Origin: a virus
Strand: one strand, 5' to 3'
IMG/VR virus record: IMGVR_UViG_3300037511_000274
DNA length: 60,591 nucleotides
The notes under the pieces were generated by a model. It had not been told where the DNA came from and did no database searches. It saw only the letters and a list, made by a program, of their open reading frames with translations. Every line of letters begins with the position of its first letter. Position 1 is the first letter of the stretch. Below are positions 1 to 8,327 of this stretch, one piece after another. The position numbers were made by a program, and so were the translations under genes.

Positions 1-127
1 CCTTCTCCGCATCCGAGGTGGCGTAGGTCGCGCGCTTCCGTGCTCAGCTCCCCGGCGATCGTTTGCGGGAAGTACCTGGCCTCGGGTCCAGCGCTCCGGA
101 GAGCGCTAGACGATCTTGGCGCCGGGG
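1..127. repeat. terminal direct repeat, left copy (identical to 60465-60591)
   Basis: Read base by base: positions 1-127 equal 60465-60591 exactly, and the match stops at the window edges. Confidence 0.95.
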
Positions 128-255
128 TGACCGGCCACGTACGTCTCGGCCGCCAACTGGCTGGGCTTGGTGATCTTCAGCCCGTTGGGCGTCTGGACCG
201 TCACCCGGCCGCCGCTCGGCGCGCTGGTCGTCTTGTTCTTGCCGCAGCTACACAC
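106..255 (-). CDS. small hypothetical protein (49 aa), below the ORF-track cutoff
   Basis: GTG start sits 6 nt after GGAGGAG. 47 of 49 codons end in G/C. It starts 4 nt after the protease stop, and its last 22 nt lie in the terminal repeat. Confidence 0.5.
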   Translation of the reverse strand: MCSCGKNKTTSAPSGGRVTVQTPNGLKITKPSQLAAETYVAGHPGAKIV

Positions 256-258
256 GGT

Positions 259-1701
259 TCACTCCTCCCCGAGCATCGTCACCAGCTCGGCGCGCGCACC
301 GGCGCCCCGCTGCTGGTCGTCGGCCTCCACGATACCGGCCAGCGCCTCGGCCGCCGCCCGGCGCTCCTGCTCGTCCACCACGGCGCGCGCCAGGGCGGCC
401 GTGTCCAGGACGGGGGCCGCCCGCCGCCCGGCGGTCAGCGCGTGGCCGACCTCGGGGCCGAGGCAGGCCACGAGCGCGGTCTGGCGGCCGTTGCGGGTGT
501 GGGCCATCACCGGGAACCCCGGCTCGGACTGGGAGCGCGGACCGTTGCTCAGCGCCAGCAGCTCCACCAGGGCCAGCTCCCCGGACGCCTCGCGCCAGTC
601 GCCGGACACCTTGCGCCGGTTCAGCGTGTCGATCTCGGCCGGGGTAAGCCCGGTCTCGATCACGCCGGAGAACGCGATCCCGTGGTCATCCTCGTAGACC
701 CGCACCCACGCGGCCGTGGTCTTGTTGTCGTGGACCGCCATGGCCTGGCTGGCCGCCAGGGACAGCTCGGCGTGCCGCCCGCCCACGGTGATGCGACCGG
801 CCCACACGGTGCCCTCGTCGGTCTCGACCGCGTAGCGGTTGAACCAGGAGTAGGGCGCGCCCGGCGTCGGGTCCTGGGGAGGGGTGACGCACGTGCCCGG
901 GTAGCCGACGTGGCACGTGCCCCAGGTGGCCAGGTGGCCGTAGACCTCGCCGGTGGTGAAGTCCCAGGTGGCCGGGGTCGGCCCGGCCAGCTCCCGGCGC
1001 TCGAAAGCACCGGCGCGCGGAAGGGCCTGGGTGCTGACCGAGGCGACCAGGGCCGCCACCCGGTCGCGCTCGCGCGCCTGGGCCTGCTCGGTGGTCTCCC
1101 CCTCGGCGGCCACGATCGGCTCCGGCGCGATCAGCTCCAGCGGCGCCGAGGTCTCGGCAAACGCTGGGATGCTGACCAGGGTACCGGCGCGCACCCGGCC
1201 CTGAGTGATCAGCAGCTCCACCGGCGGCTCGGTGCCGTGCTCCTCGTAGTACGCCTCCAGCGCCTCGTACGTGATCTCCTCGTCCGTCCCGGCCATCACG
1301 GCCTTGGCCTCGAACGAGTCCAGATCGACCGAGGGGCCGAGCGTGCCCGCCGTGATCAGGTGCGTGGCCTCGGCCACGTCCTCGGCCAGCCGGGGCATCT
1401 CCTCCCGGTTCACGTCATCGAAGAGTTCCCCCTGGCCGAACACGCCTTTGGAGGCGGGATCGAGCTTGGCCACGCTGGACCCGTCGATCCAGCCGCCATC
1501 GATGGCCTGGGCGATCGTCATGATCTTGGCCTGGTTGACCACGCCGATGCCCACCGCGCCATCGTGGCCGCCCTCGCGCGCACGCGCCCACTCCAGCGGG
1601 AACGGCGTGTCCGCCAGGGTGATGCTGCCCTCGGCGAACCGGCGGCCGTCACCCGTGGACAGGCCGATGGGCGCCAGCAGCGTCCGGAACTTCGTACCCA
1701 T
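259..1701 (-). CDS. prohead (capsid maturation) protease-like head protein, 480 aa
   Basis: RBS GAGGAGGAAG. Located directly after portal and MuF. C-terminal half carries GHLATWGTCHVGYPGTCVTPP...GRITVGGRHA, recalled from actinophage prohead proteases. Confidence 0.6.
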   Translation of the reverse strand: MGTKFRTLLAPIGLSTGDGRRFAEGSITLADTPFPLEWARAREGGHDGAVGIGVVNQAKIMTIAQAIDGGWIDGSSVAKLDPASKGVFGQGELFDDVNREEMPRLAEDVAEATHLITAGTLGPSVDLDSFEAKAVMAGTDEEITYEALEAYYEEHGTEPPVELLITQGRVRAGTLVSIPAFAETSAPLELIAPEPIVAAEGETTEQAQARERDRVAALVASVSTQALPRAGAFERRELAGPTPATWDFTTGEVYGHLATWGTCHVGYPGTCVTPPQDPTPGAPYSWFNRYAVETDEGTVWAGRITVGGRHAELSLAASQAMAVHDNKTTAAWVRVYEDDHGIAFSGVIETGLTPAEIDTLNRRKVSGDWREASGELALVELLALSNGPRSQSEPGFPVMAHTRNGRQTALVACLGPEVGHALTAGRRAAPVLDTAALARAVVDEQERRAAAEALAGIVEADDQQRGAGARAELVTMLGEE

Positions 1702-1725
1702 GGCTTCCTCCTCGTCGTGACCAGG

Positions 1726-2547
1726 CTACCGGGACCGGCGGCTCTGGCGGTTGCTCAGGTCCAGCTCCTCGCCCGGCGCCACCAGGAGCATGGTGCACCG
1801 GCACTGGATCACTTCCTGGGGCGGCCCGAGCGGGTCACCCGGGAACCTCAGCTCGAACCCGCCCACGATGAACGGCTGGCCGAGCGGCTGGCGCTGGCCG
1901 TCCGCCACGTTGTGCGTGTGGCGCGTGCGGTTGTCGTCGGTGGCCAGCCAGACCCGCTCCAGCTCCTCGCCGGTCTCTTCCGCGTACGCGGCGAACGAGT
2001 CGGCCCGGCCGCCGTTCATCGCGCCGATGGCCTCGGTACGCGCGATGACGGTTGCCCGGTTCGGCCACCGGTCGGACGCCGTGGTTGACAGGACATTGTC
2101 AATGCGCGCCCGGAGGTCGGGTATCCCCTCGCCCAGGTTGACGCCCGTGGCCACCTCGTGCGCGACAAGCGCGTAGACCTCCTCGGGGATGCCCACCAGC
2201 CGGTTGCGCACCTCGGCCAGGTAGTTGGTGACGAACGTCCGGGCCTCCCACCGGTAGCTGTCCCCGAACAGCCGCTGGTAGGCCACGCCGAGCGCCTTCA
2301 GGATCTCCCCGTTCAGGATCAGCTCCACGGCCTCGCGCCACGCGGGCACGCGCGCCCAGACCGCGTCCGGGTCCGGGCGTCGGCCGGACCGCAGCACGGC
2401 CCGAGCGGTCTCGACCAGCCAGCCGGACAGCTCGGCCCAGAACGCGTTCCGGATGTCGCGCTCGGTGGCGCTGATCTCCAGCCGGGCGTCCAGCCGCTGG
2501 GGGAGCCAGGGATCGGTCCCCTTGCCGTTCCACGCGCTACCGGCCAC
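1726..2547 (-). CDS. MuF-like minor capsid protein (SPP1 gp7 family)
   Basis: ARTEAIGAMNGG...WLATDDNRTRHTH...PQEVIQCRCT pattern typical of Phage_Mu_F. Located directly downstream of portal. Confidence 0.85.
   Translation of the reverse strand: MAGSAWNGKGTDPWLPQRLDARLEISATERDIRNAFWAELSGWLVETARAVLRSGRRPDPDAVWARVPAWREAVELILNGEILKALGVAYQRLFGDSYRWEARTFVTNYLAEVRNRLVGIPEEVYALVAHEVATGVNLGEGIPDLRARIDNVLSTTASDRWPNRATVIARTEAIGAMNGGRADSFAAYAEETGEELERVWLATDDNRTRHTHNVADGQRQPLGQPFIVGGFELRFPGDPLGPPQEVIQCRCTMLLVAPGEELDLSNRQSRRSR
2085..2102. promoter_or_regulatory. orphan dyad site TTGACAGGACATTGTCAA (perfect TTGAC-N8-GTCAA) inside the MuF gene
   Basis: Encodes IDNVLST using ATT, AAT and TCA codons in an otherwise G/C-ending gene. 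Confidence 0.5.
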
Positions 2548-2665
2548 GGTGGATCACCACCGGCTCGGGCGGGTCGGGAGGCGGGGGCTGGCGCCGCTCC
2601 ACCTCGGCGCGCGTCGCGCGGTACACGTCGTCCTCCTGGCTGGGCGGGACTCGCACGGGCCTCAT
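2537..2665 (-). CDS. small hypothetical protein (42 aa)
   Basis: ATGA overlap with the portal stop. High GC3. Fills the portal-MuF gap. Below the ORF-track cutoff. Confidence 0.35.
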   Translation of the reverse strand: MRPVRVPPSQEDDVYRATRAEVERRQPPPPDPPEPVVIHRGR

Positions 2666-4599
2666 GCCGCTACCAGCCCTCGGCCTCGGTTCGCCATGTC
2701 CAGCGCGGCGTACAGGAGGTCATCGTGGTGGCGCACGCCCCGGGTCAGCAGCTCGGTCACGTAGCCCTCCAGCAGCGCGCGGAGCGCCAGCGGGTCCACG
2801 CCGAGATCGGCCGCCAGGGTGGGCACGTGGTTCCAGGCGCCCTCGGTCACCTTGGCCGCGCGCTCCGCCGAGATCGGGCCGACCCAATGGTGAAGCTCGT
2901 GGCGCGGCACCTCGGCCCACCGGCCCCGGCGCTCGGCTGGCGTGGCCAACCGGCCGCCCGCCAGCTCCAGGGCGCGGTACACGGTGAGCTTGGCCGCCGC
3001 GTTGAACACGCGCTCCGGGGAGGGAGGAGCCAGGGCCATCCGGTCGATGCGCGCGCTCAGCGCGTCGGTGAGCGCCCGCGTCTCGGCGCCGTTGTCCGTG
3101 GGCGTGTCCGGCGCCGTGCCGCCGTTGGGCGGCCCGTCGGCCGGGGGCTCGTCGCCCTCCGGCTCCCCGTCGCCCGCTCCCCCCACGGCGGGCTGAGTCG
3201 GCGCCGGGCCGACCACGGTCACCGTGGGCAGGCCGAGGGCCGCCTGGACGTTGGGGTCCAGGATCAGCTCGGGCTTGGCCTGGACCAGCTTCAGCAGGAT
3301 CTGGGCCGCGCGCTCCTCGGGCTTGGGCATCTGCTCGTGGTCGAAAGCAGCGGCCTTGACCACCTCGCGGTCCGAGAGCAGGAACCGATCGTGAAGCTGG
3401 ATCGCCTCGTCCAGCCGGTTGGGCTTGGCCGCCAGGGTGGACGTGTCGAACATGAACGCGTAGCGCTCGGGGTTCGTGATGCCCATCTTGGACAGGGCCA
3501 GCCGCAGGAACCCCCGCGTCAGCGCGTCCGCGATCAGGCCGAGGTAGCCCTGGATCCAGCGGATGCCCTCGTCCGAGATCAGCCAGGCCGTCCAGTGATT
3601 GGCGTCCCCGATGCCGGTCAGCACCTCGGCCGGGATCTCGGCCATGCTGGCCAGCCGGGAGATGGCGCGGTCCTTCATCGGCGCGATCTCGGCGGACAGC
3701 TCGGACCAGAACGTGAGCGGCTTCAACTGCTCCACGTACTGGATCAGGTGCTCGGGCAGCGTGGCCATGATCGGCACCACGGCGCGCGCGTCGCTCTGGT
3801 CCTGGATGCTGGCCGCCGCCGCGCGCTGGAGGTAGGCCATGAACCCGGCCAGGCCCTCGGGGTCGGTCGCCTCCCGGGGGAAGTCCACGCCCTCGGGCAG
3901 GAACATGACACCGGCGCCGGTGAGCCGCGAGTCCAGCTCGGCGAACTCGCGCTTGGTCAACAGCTCGATCTCGCGCAACGGCACGATGGCCGCACGCGCG
4001 AACGAGTCGGGCTGGTCCACCTCGTTGGGGTGCGGGCGCCAGCAGCGGATCAGCAGGTCCACGCCGTCGGTCAGCGTCAGCGTCTTGCCGCCCAGGATCT
4101 GGGGCCGCTTGACCTTGACCAGGCCGCCCTCGCGCTTCAGCGCGGCGCCGGTCACGGTGAACCAGGCGCCCTCGGCCTTCTCGGGGTCGGTGGCCGCGCC
4201 CTCACCGATGATCCAGCACTCGCCACCCACGGCCAGGTCCGTGCCCGCCAGGCGTAGCTGATCGTCGCGCTGGGCGCCGGTGCCCATCGGGATCCCGGCC
4301 AGCGCCGAGATCCGCATGTCCTGGGTCTCGCCCACCTCCTCGCCACGCTCGTCCAGCTCGGCCACGTAGAGGCGCGCCTGGGCCACCGAGTCACCCACGC
4401 GCCCGGCCAGCTTGCGCAGCTCACCCACGATGTCGTGGAGCCGCCACGCCTCGGTCTGCCACTCGGTGTTCCCGAACTTCCAGGTCTTCCACGAGCTGGC
4501 CGCGCCGAGGTCCACCACGGCCGTGGCCGCCGTGATCGAGCGGCGAGCGGTTGAGCGCCGGGCCAGCGGATCGGCCAGGGCGGGACGGCGGAGGGCCAC
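2662..4599 (-). CDS. portal protein
   Basis: 645 aa. GTG start after GGGGAGG. Located immediately upstream of MuF and the protease. Size and context are typical of a portal. Confidence 0.8.
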   Translation of the reverse strand: MALRRPALADPLARRSTARRSITAATAVVDLGAASSWKTWKFGNTEWQTEAWRLHDIVGELRKLAGRVGDSVAQARLYVAELDERGEEVGETQDMRISALAGIPMGTGAQRDDQLRLAGTDLAVGGECWIIGEGAATDPEKAEGAWFTVTGAALKREGGLVKVKRPQILGGKTLTLTDGVDLLIRCWRPHPNEVDQPDSFARAAIVPLREIELLTKREFAELDSRLTGAGVMFLPEGVDFPREATDPEGLAGFMAYLQRAAAASIQDQSDARAVVPIMATLPEHLIQYVEQLKPLTFWSELSAEIAPMKDRAISRLASMAEIPAEVLTGIGDANHWTAWLISDEGIRWIQGYLGLIADALTRGFLRLALSKMGITNPERYAFMFDTSTLAAKPNRLDEAIQLHDRFLLSDREVVKAAAFDHEQMPKPEERAAQILLKLVQAKPELILDPNVQAALGLPTVTVVGPAPTQPAVGGAGDGEPEGDEPPADGPPNGGTAPDTPTDNGAETRALTDALSARIDRMALAPPSPERVFNAAAKLTVYRALELAGGRLATPAERRGRWAEVPRHELHHWVGPISAERAAKVTEGAWNHVPTLAADLGVDPLALRALLEGYVTELLTRGVRHHDDLLYAALDMANRGRGLVAA

Positions 4600-4602
4600 G
4601 GG

Positions 4603-4908
4603 TTACCTCCCCAGGTTCGAGATCATGCCAGTGACCTGGCTGAAGGCCAGGGCGATGGCCACGATCAGCATGACGGGCGAGTGGCCCCAGAACCAGACCA
4701 ACGGGGAGGCGACCAGGGCCACCCACATACCGGCGCACCACGGACAGGTGATCAGCGTGGCGATGGCCGCGCCCAGGGTATGCGGCCGGTCGTCCAGCCA
4801 ATCCACCAGGCGGTCCCGGGCGGGCTCGGTGATCGAGTCGCTGACGATCAGGCCCGTCACGCGCGCGACCGCCAGCGCGTAGATCAGCAGGAGCACCGGG
4901 TCAGTCAT
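4603..4908 (-). CDS. small membrane protein (DUF1360-like), 101 aa
   Basis: Start trimmed to ATG 4908 (MTDPVLLLIYALAV...). Three hydrophobic helices and a CPWC motif. Stop lies within the portal RBS. Confidence 0.7.
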   Translation of the reverse strand: MTDPVLLLIYALAVARVTGLIVSDSITEPARDRLVDWLDDRPHTLGAAIATLITCPWCAGMWVALVASPLVWFWGHSPVMLIVAIALAFSQVTGMISNLGR

Positions 4909-4954
4909 GGCCACATCGTACGTGCTCGGGGGACATCTCGGCCCAGGCGCCACG

Positions 4955-4972
4955 TTGACACTTCACCGTCAT
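4955..4972 (+). promoter_or_regulatory. motif copy TTGACACTTCACCGTCAT without a -10 element, between two minus-strand genes
   Basis: 16 of 17 match to the promoter core but followed by CCCGGG. Overlaps the stop codon of 4969-5439. Confidence 0.45.
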
Positions 4973-5439
4973 GACCCCGGGACGTTCAACCACCGGCAGA
5001 CCCGGCGGTTGTAGCTCTGGCGAGGGTGACCGGCCCGGGTCAGCGCGGCCATGAGGCGAGCCCGAGGGAGCGGCGCGTGGTGGTTGCGCGCGCACAGCTT
5101 CAGGTAGCGCCCGTAGATGTCGTCCTCCGGATAGAAGCCAGTCACCTCGAACGAGCGGACCGTCTCGGCCACGGGGTCCACCGCGAGCGGACCGGGCGCG
5201 GCCATGGGGAGGGTCCAACCCGCCTCCTCGTGCTGATGGCCGGAGACCCGGCGCCGGATGCGGGTCTTCACGCACCCGTAGTCCCGGAGCGCCACGCCGA
5301 GCGACACCGGGTGCTCGGGCTCGCGCTCGTCGCGCGCCATGTTCTGGGCGTACTGGCGGTAGAGGGCTTTGGCCGTGTACGTGGCGCCGGGCTTCAGACC
5401 GCCCAGGAGCCGCGTCACGTCCTCAGGGTTAACAGGCAT
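4969..5439 (-). CDS. hypothetical protein, 156 aa
   Basis: High GC3, ordinary amino-acid composition, only plausible frame here. Confidence 0.75.
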   Translation of the reverse strand: MPVNPEDVTRLLGGLKPGATYTAKALYRQYAQNMARDEREPEHPVSLGVALRDYGCVKTRIRRRVSGHQHEEAGWTLPMAAPGPLAVDPVAETVRSFEVTGFYPEDDIYGRYLKLCARNHHAPLPRARLMAALTRAGHPRQSYNRRVCRWLNVPGS

Positions 5440-5486
5440 ACCTCAGCGTACCACGGACCCCTCAGCGGCCCTCACGCCCTCGGGGC

Positions 5487-5631
5487 GGGGGGACCTGGCG
5501 GGACTGGGGCTACCCTCACCCCCTCGCGCCCGCGTGCGTGCATGTGTGCGCCCGCCGCGCGCCCAGGGCAAGAGCATGTTTCTCGCGTATGTATAGGTGG
5601 TGAGGGTAGCCCCAGTTCCCCCGCTCCCCCC
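5487..5631. repeat. long inverted-repeat element, copy A
   Basis: Perfect 18-bp arms ACTGGGGCTACCCTCACC (5503-5520) and its reverse complement (5599-5616), extended imperfectly to about 33 bp. The 78-nt centre and the arm core GGCTACCCTCACC are homologous to copy B at 36257-36395. Confidence 0.85.
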
Positions 5632-5800
5632 AGGGTCGTGGCCCGCCCGGCGCGCATGCCTGGGAAGTTGGGACCGGGGGCAGAGGGGTGATCGGGGGAA
5701 CCAAGGCCAGCCCGATCAACCATGCCCCGGGGGGGTATACAACGCGAAGCGGCCCGGCCGCGCCTCGCTGGACGCCACCGGGCCGACTTCCTTCAGGGGA

Positions 5801-6115
5801 TCAGACCCCGGCGTCCAGCTCGATCACCTGGCCGTCCTCGGGCCGGTGCCCTCGGTCCGGGCAGAAGTACACCGGGCGCCGCTGCTCGTCATGCTCGTGC
5901 CCAGGGTTGTGGCACCTGGCCCGCCGGAGCCGGTCAGCGACGTAGGGGAAGTCCGCTCGCCCCGGCGTCCGGATCACGTAGAGCACCGGGTAGGGCTCCG
6001 GATACGGGATCACCTCGATCACGCGCCCGCCCGAGAGACCGGAGAACGGCCCCGAGCCCTGACCGTCCGGGTCGTGGTCGATGAACACGGCCGCGCCCAC
6101 CTCGAACTCAGGCAC
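5801..6115 (-). CDS. hypothetical protein, 104 aa
   Basis: GTG start 4 nt after AAGGAGGAG. High GC3. Confidence 0.7.
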   Translation of the reverse strand: MPEFEVGAAVFIDHDPDGQGSGPFSGLSGGRVIEVIPYPEPYPVLYVIRTPGRADFPYVADRLRRARCHNPGHEHDEQRRPVYFCPDRGHRPEDGQVIELDAGV

Positions 6116-6269
6116 TGGGCTCCTCCTTGCGCTCGGGATGTATCCGCTTGACCGGGATGCGCTCACCGGTGCCCGCCACGATCCGCACGCACCGGTGGCC
6201 CACGGCCGCTTCGCACTTAGGGCACGGCCGCCGGAGCGCCTTGTCCTCCACCGAGCCGCCCAGCCGCAT
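6108..6269 (-). CDS. small zinc-ribbon-like protein, 53 aa
   Basis: MRLGGSVEDKALRRPCPKCEAAVGHRC... with a CxxC motif. The N-terminal part of the track ORF overlaps the HNH gene and was rejected. Confidence 0.55.
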   Translation of the reverse strand: MRLGGSVEDKALRRPCPKCEAAVGHRCVRIVAGTGERIPVKRIHPERKEEPSA

Positions 6270-6295
6270 CACCAGGCGGGCTCCTCGTTGCGCCC

Positions 6296-6655
6296 TCACT
6301 TCTTGCGCCGGACGGTCGCGCCGGTGCTGCTGTTGCACGTGCCGCACGCGGGCCGGATGTTGTCCCGCCGGTACGTGCCGCCGTGACAGCCGGGCTTGAT
6401 CCGGTCCACCGTGACCGTGTCCACCGTCAGGAGCTGGCCGCACCGGTAGCACCGGCACGCGGGCTCGGCGCCCTCGGTGCCGATCACCACCTCCACCACG
6501 AGCGGGCCGTGGAACAGGTCGATGGCGATCACGTCCACGTTGGCCCGGTACGTCTCGACCAGCCAGGCTCGCCTACGGCGTCGCTCGTCACTTCCTCCCC
6601 GGGCGTTGCCGTTCGTCGTCCCCCGGCGCGCTGGCCGGACCAGTTCGGCGGTCAC
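6296..6655 (-). CDS. HNH endonuclease
   Basis: CRCYRCG...DRIKPGCHGGTYRRDNIRPACGTCN matches the HNH signature. GTGA overlap with the upstream gene. Confidence 0.85.
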   Translation of the reverse strand: MTAELVRPARRGTTNGNARGGSDERRRRRAWLVETYRANVDVIAIDLFHGPLVVEVVIGTEGAEPACRCYRCGQLLTVDTVTVDRIKPGCHGGTYRRDNIRPACGTCNSSTGATVRRKK

Positions 6656-6900
6656 TGCGTGGCCAGGAAGCGCGGCGTGTTCTTAGCCGTCTGCTTACGG
6701 CCCTTGCCCCGGTTGGCCCGGCCCAGCGAGCCCGCGTGCCACCAACCGCACTGGTTGCAGAAGTAGGTGTTGGAGCCGCCCGCCGTCCACACGCCCCGCC
6801 CGATGAGCTGGGCGCGCTGGCCCTCGGCCTCCTCCTGGGTGGCGTGCTGCTTCTTGGGCGCTCGGCCGTTGCTGCACTTCTTCAGGTAGCCCGCACTCAT
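6652..6900 (-). CDS. small Cys-containing basic protein, 82 aa
   Basis: Start at ATG 6900 (ATGA overlap with the upstream mini-ORF). CNQCGWWH motif. High GC3. Confidence 0.7.
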   Translation of the reverse strand: MSAGYLKKCSNGRAPKKQHATQEEAEGQRAQLIGRGVWTAGGSNTYFCNQCGWWHAGSLGRANRGKGRKQTAKNTPRFLATQ

Positions 6901-6998
6901 CGGGTCACCCACGCCCAGGCCAGCACCGGCGCTACTGCGATAGCCGCGTAGCCCCAGCAGATGACGGCCTTGGCCGCCTGGTACATCAGCTCTTGCAT
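6897..6998 (-). CDS. 33-aa hydrophobic peptide
   Basis: ATG after GAGGAGGGA. One transmembrane-like segment. Sits just downstream of promoter 7029-7056. Confidence 0.4.
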   Translation of the reverse strand: MQELMYQAAKAVICWGYAAIAVAPVLAWAWVTR

Positions 6999-7028
6999 CG
7001 TCCCTCCTCGATCAACCTGTTCGCCTCT

Positions 7029-7056
7029 ATCTTACCCGTCATGCCTGCAAAGTCAA
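7029..7056 (-). promoter_or_regulatory. promoter module, variant TTGACT-N16-TAAGAT
   Basis: Reverse complement reads TTGACTTTGCAGGCATGACGGGTAAGAT. Same spacer flavour as 12974-13002. Confidence 0.5.
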
Positions 7057-7060
7057 GGGC

Positions 7061-7088
7061 GAGAAAGGGCCGCCGGAGCGGCCCTCTC
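7061..7088 (-). terminator. hairpin terminator (GAGAGGGCCGC-TCCG-GCGGCCCTTTCTC)
   Basis: Stem of about 11 bp followed by a T-rich tail. Shares an 18-nt core GGGCCGCTCCGGCGGCCC with terminator 32249-32275. Confidence 0.6.
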
Positions 7089-7089
7089 C

Positions 7090-7107
7090 TTGACCCGTAC
7101 GTGTCAA
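7090..7107. promoter_or_regulatory. dyad site TTGACCCGTACGTGTCAA (perfect TTGAC-N8-GTCAA)
   Basis: Near-perfect 18-bp palindrome overlapping the stop codon of 7104-7226. Confidence 0.5.
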
Positions 7108-7226
7108 CCAGCAAACACGCTGACCACCGACACGCCCACACAGCACAGGACCAGCAGCGCGGCCAGGCCCAGGATCAGGCCCACCTCCATACCGGTCAGC
7201 GGCCGGTCCTCGGGGAGCAACCCCAT
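7104..7226 (-). CDS. 40-aa membrane peptide
   Basis: ATG after AGAGGAGG. Contains GLILGLAALLVLCCVGVSVVSVFAG. High GC3. Confidence 0.45.
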   Translation of the reverse strand: MGLLPEDRPLTGMEVGLILGLAALLVLCCVGVSVVSVFAG

Positions 7227-7239
7227 GCCGCACCTCCTC

Positions 7240-7647
7240 TCATGGCCTTGCCTTCTTGCGCTCGGCGCGCATCGCGTTGATCCGCTGGTAATCGCCCGCC
7301 AGCGTGTGGTCCGCCAGGATGGCCTCGGTCAGCCAGTACGGGGTCTCGGAGTCCGTCCGGCCGACCCAGGGACACGCCGCGTAGCCCACGATCACCTTCC
7401 GGCCCACCAGCGTGACGAACACGTGCGAGTGATAGGTGGGCTGGTCCCACGTACCGAACCCGGCGCCCTCGCCCGGCTTGGCCCTCGCGTACTCCGGCGT
7501 CTCGTGCTCGGTGGTGCGCCGGATGGTCAGCCCGGCCACCGAGGGCACCGGCTCCCAGCCGCTCTCCTCGTCGCGCGCCAGGTCGATGATCCGCTGGCGG
7601 ATCTCGTCAGCCTTGGTCGTTCTCACACTCGGTTCCCCTCGCGTCAT
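7240..7647 (-). CDS. hypothetical protein, 135 aa
   Basis: Start trimmed to ATG 7647 (TGATG junction with the upstream gene). The track N-terminus is Arg/Gly/Pro-rich with no coding-like composition. Confidence 0.75.
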   Translation of the reverse strand: MTRGEPSVRTTKADEIRQRIIDLARDEESGWEPVPSVAGLTIRRTTEHETPEYARAKPGEGAGFGTWDQPTYHSHVFVTLVGRKVIVGYAACPWVGRTDSETPYWLTEAILADHTLAGDYQRINAMRAERKKARP

Positions 7648-7988
7648 CAGTACGGCCCCGGCTTGTAGGTGGGCGAGCCCGGCTGGCGCTCCAGCCAGTC
7701 CAGGCCGTCCTCGGCCGTATAGCCCGCCTGCTCGATCGCCTCGGCCAGCGTCTCGCGCTGAGCGGTCATGGCGGCCAGCGAGCGCGCGATGGCCCCGGTT
7801 GCCGCCGTGGCCAGCAGGCCCAGGCTCAGCATCACGCCGAGCACGGCACCGGCGTACTCCCGGTCCGTCTCGGCTCCCCAGAGGATCCAGCCGGTGGCCA
7901 CGAGGGCCGCCAGGCCCAGCGCGCCGTTGTAGATCAGCGACCCCCGCGAGGGCACTGGGCCAGTAGGCTTGGTCTGCCGGTTGTCCAC
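7647..7988 (-). CDS. membrane protein with two predicted helices, 113 aa
   Basis: GTG start 6 nt after AAGGAGAAA. Alternative ATG at 8048 (ATGA overlap) would add two rare AGA codons. Confidence 0.65.
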   Translation of the reverse strand: MDNRQTKPTGPVPSRGSLIYNGALGLAALVATGWILWGAETDREYAGAVLGVMLSLGLLATAATGAIARSLAAMTAQRETLAEAIEQAGYTAEDGLDWLERQPGSPTYKPGPY

Positions 7989-8044
7989 GGTGCGTTTCTC
8001 CTTCCTGTTCAGGGTGCGGCCGGGTCTCGTCAGCCCGGCCGCTC

Positions 8045-8278
8045 TCATGTCCGGACCAGGGCGTCCGTGTCGCCACCGACCAGTACGGCCGGGTGGCGGT
8101 CCACGTGCGCCTGTGCGTCGCAGATGGCGTTGTCCTGGCGCCACCGGTGCATGACGTGCCCGCACTCGGTGCACGTGCCGTGCCAGCCGCGCGCCCTGTC
8201 CGGGTCGCCCGGTAGCACCTCCTCCAGCGTGATCCCGATGCACGGGTCCACGTCGTGGACGATCACCAGCTTTGCCAT
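8045..8278 (-). CDS. small Cys/His-rich protein, 77 aa
   Basis: RBS GGGAGG. Contains HGTCTECGHVMHRW. First gene downstream of the minus promoter at 8303-8332. Confidence 0.75.
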   Translation of the reverse strand: MAKLVIVHDVDPCIGITLEEVLPGDPDRARGWHGTCTECGHVMHRWRQDNAICDAQAHVDRHPAVLVGGDTDALVRT

Positions 8279-8297
8279 CCTGCCTCCCTCGTTCTGG

Positions 8298-8327
8298 TTG
8301 CAACCTTACCGCCATGACTGGTACGTT
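8298..8327 (+). promoter_or_regulatory. promoter TTGCAA-N18-TACGTT, apparently leaderless (ATG 7 nt after the -10)
   Basis: GTTGCAACCTTACCGCCATGACTGGTACGTTGGCAAGCATG. Confidence 0.55.

Noticed and set aside
91-106. Small hairpin GCGCTC-CGGA-GAGCGC after the 49-aa ORF, considered as a terminator.
   Set aside because: The stem is only 6 bp and there is no T tract. The strong terminator at 60441-60468, which lies adjacent once the ends are joined, is the likelier functional element.
40-2088. Very long ORFs antisense to the annotated genes. Examples: 40-2088, 2158-4257, 12996-14930, 17077-18930, 18934-21408, 22018-23346, 38550-40229, 42699-44762 and 55971-57842.
   Set aside because: Their Arg/Gly/Pro/Ala/His-rich, low-complexity translations are typical of stop-poor antisense frames in high-GC DNA. 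They have no RBS, and the opposite strand encodes proteins with clear motifs (portal, MuF, terL, PolA, helicase, fibres, capsid).
5516-5719. ORFs 5516-5719 and 36217-36399, which share the peptide GYPHHLY.
   Set aside because: The shared peptide is the translated arm of the inverted-repeat element. There is no RBS and the composition is implausible, so the similarity is at the DNA level.
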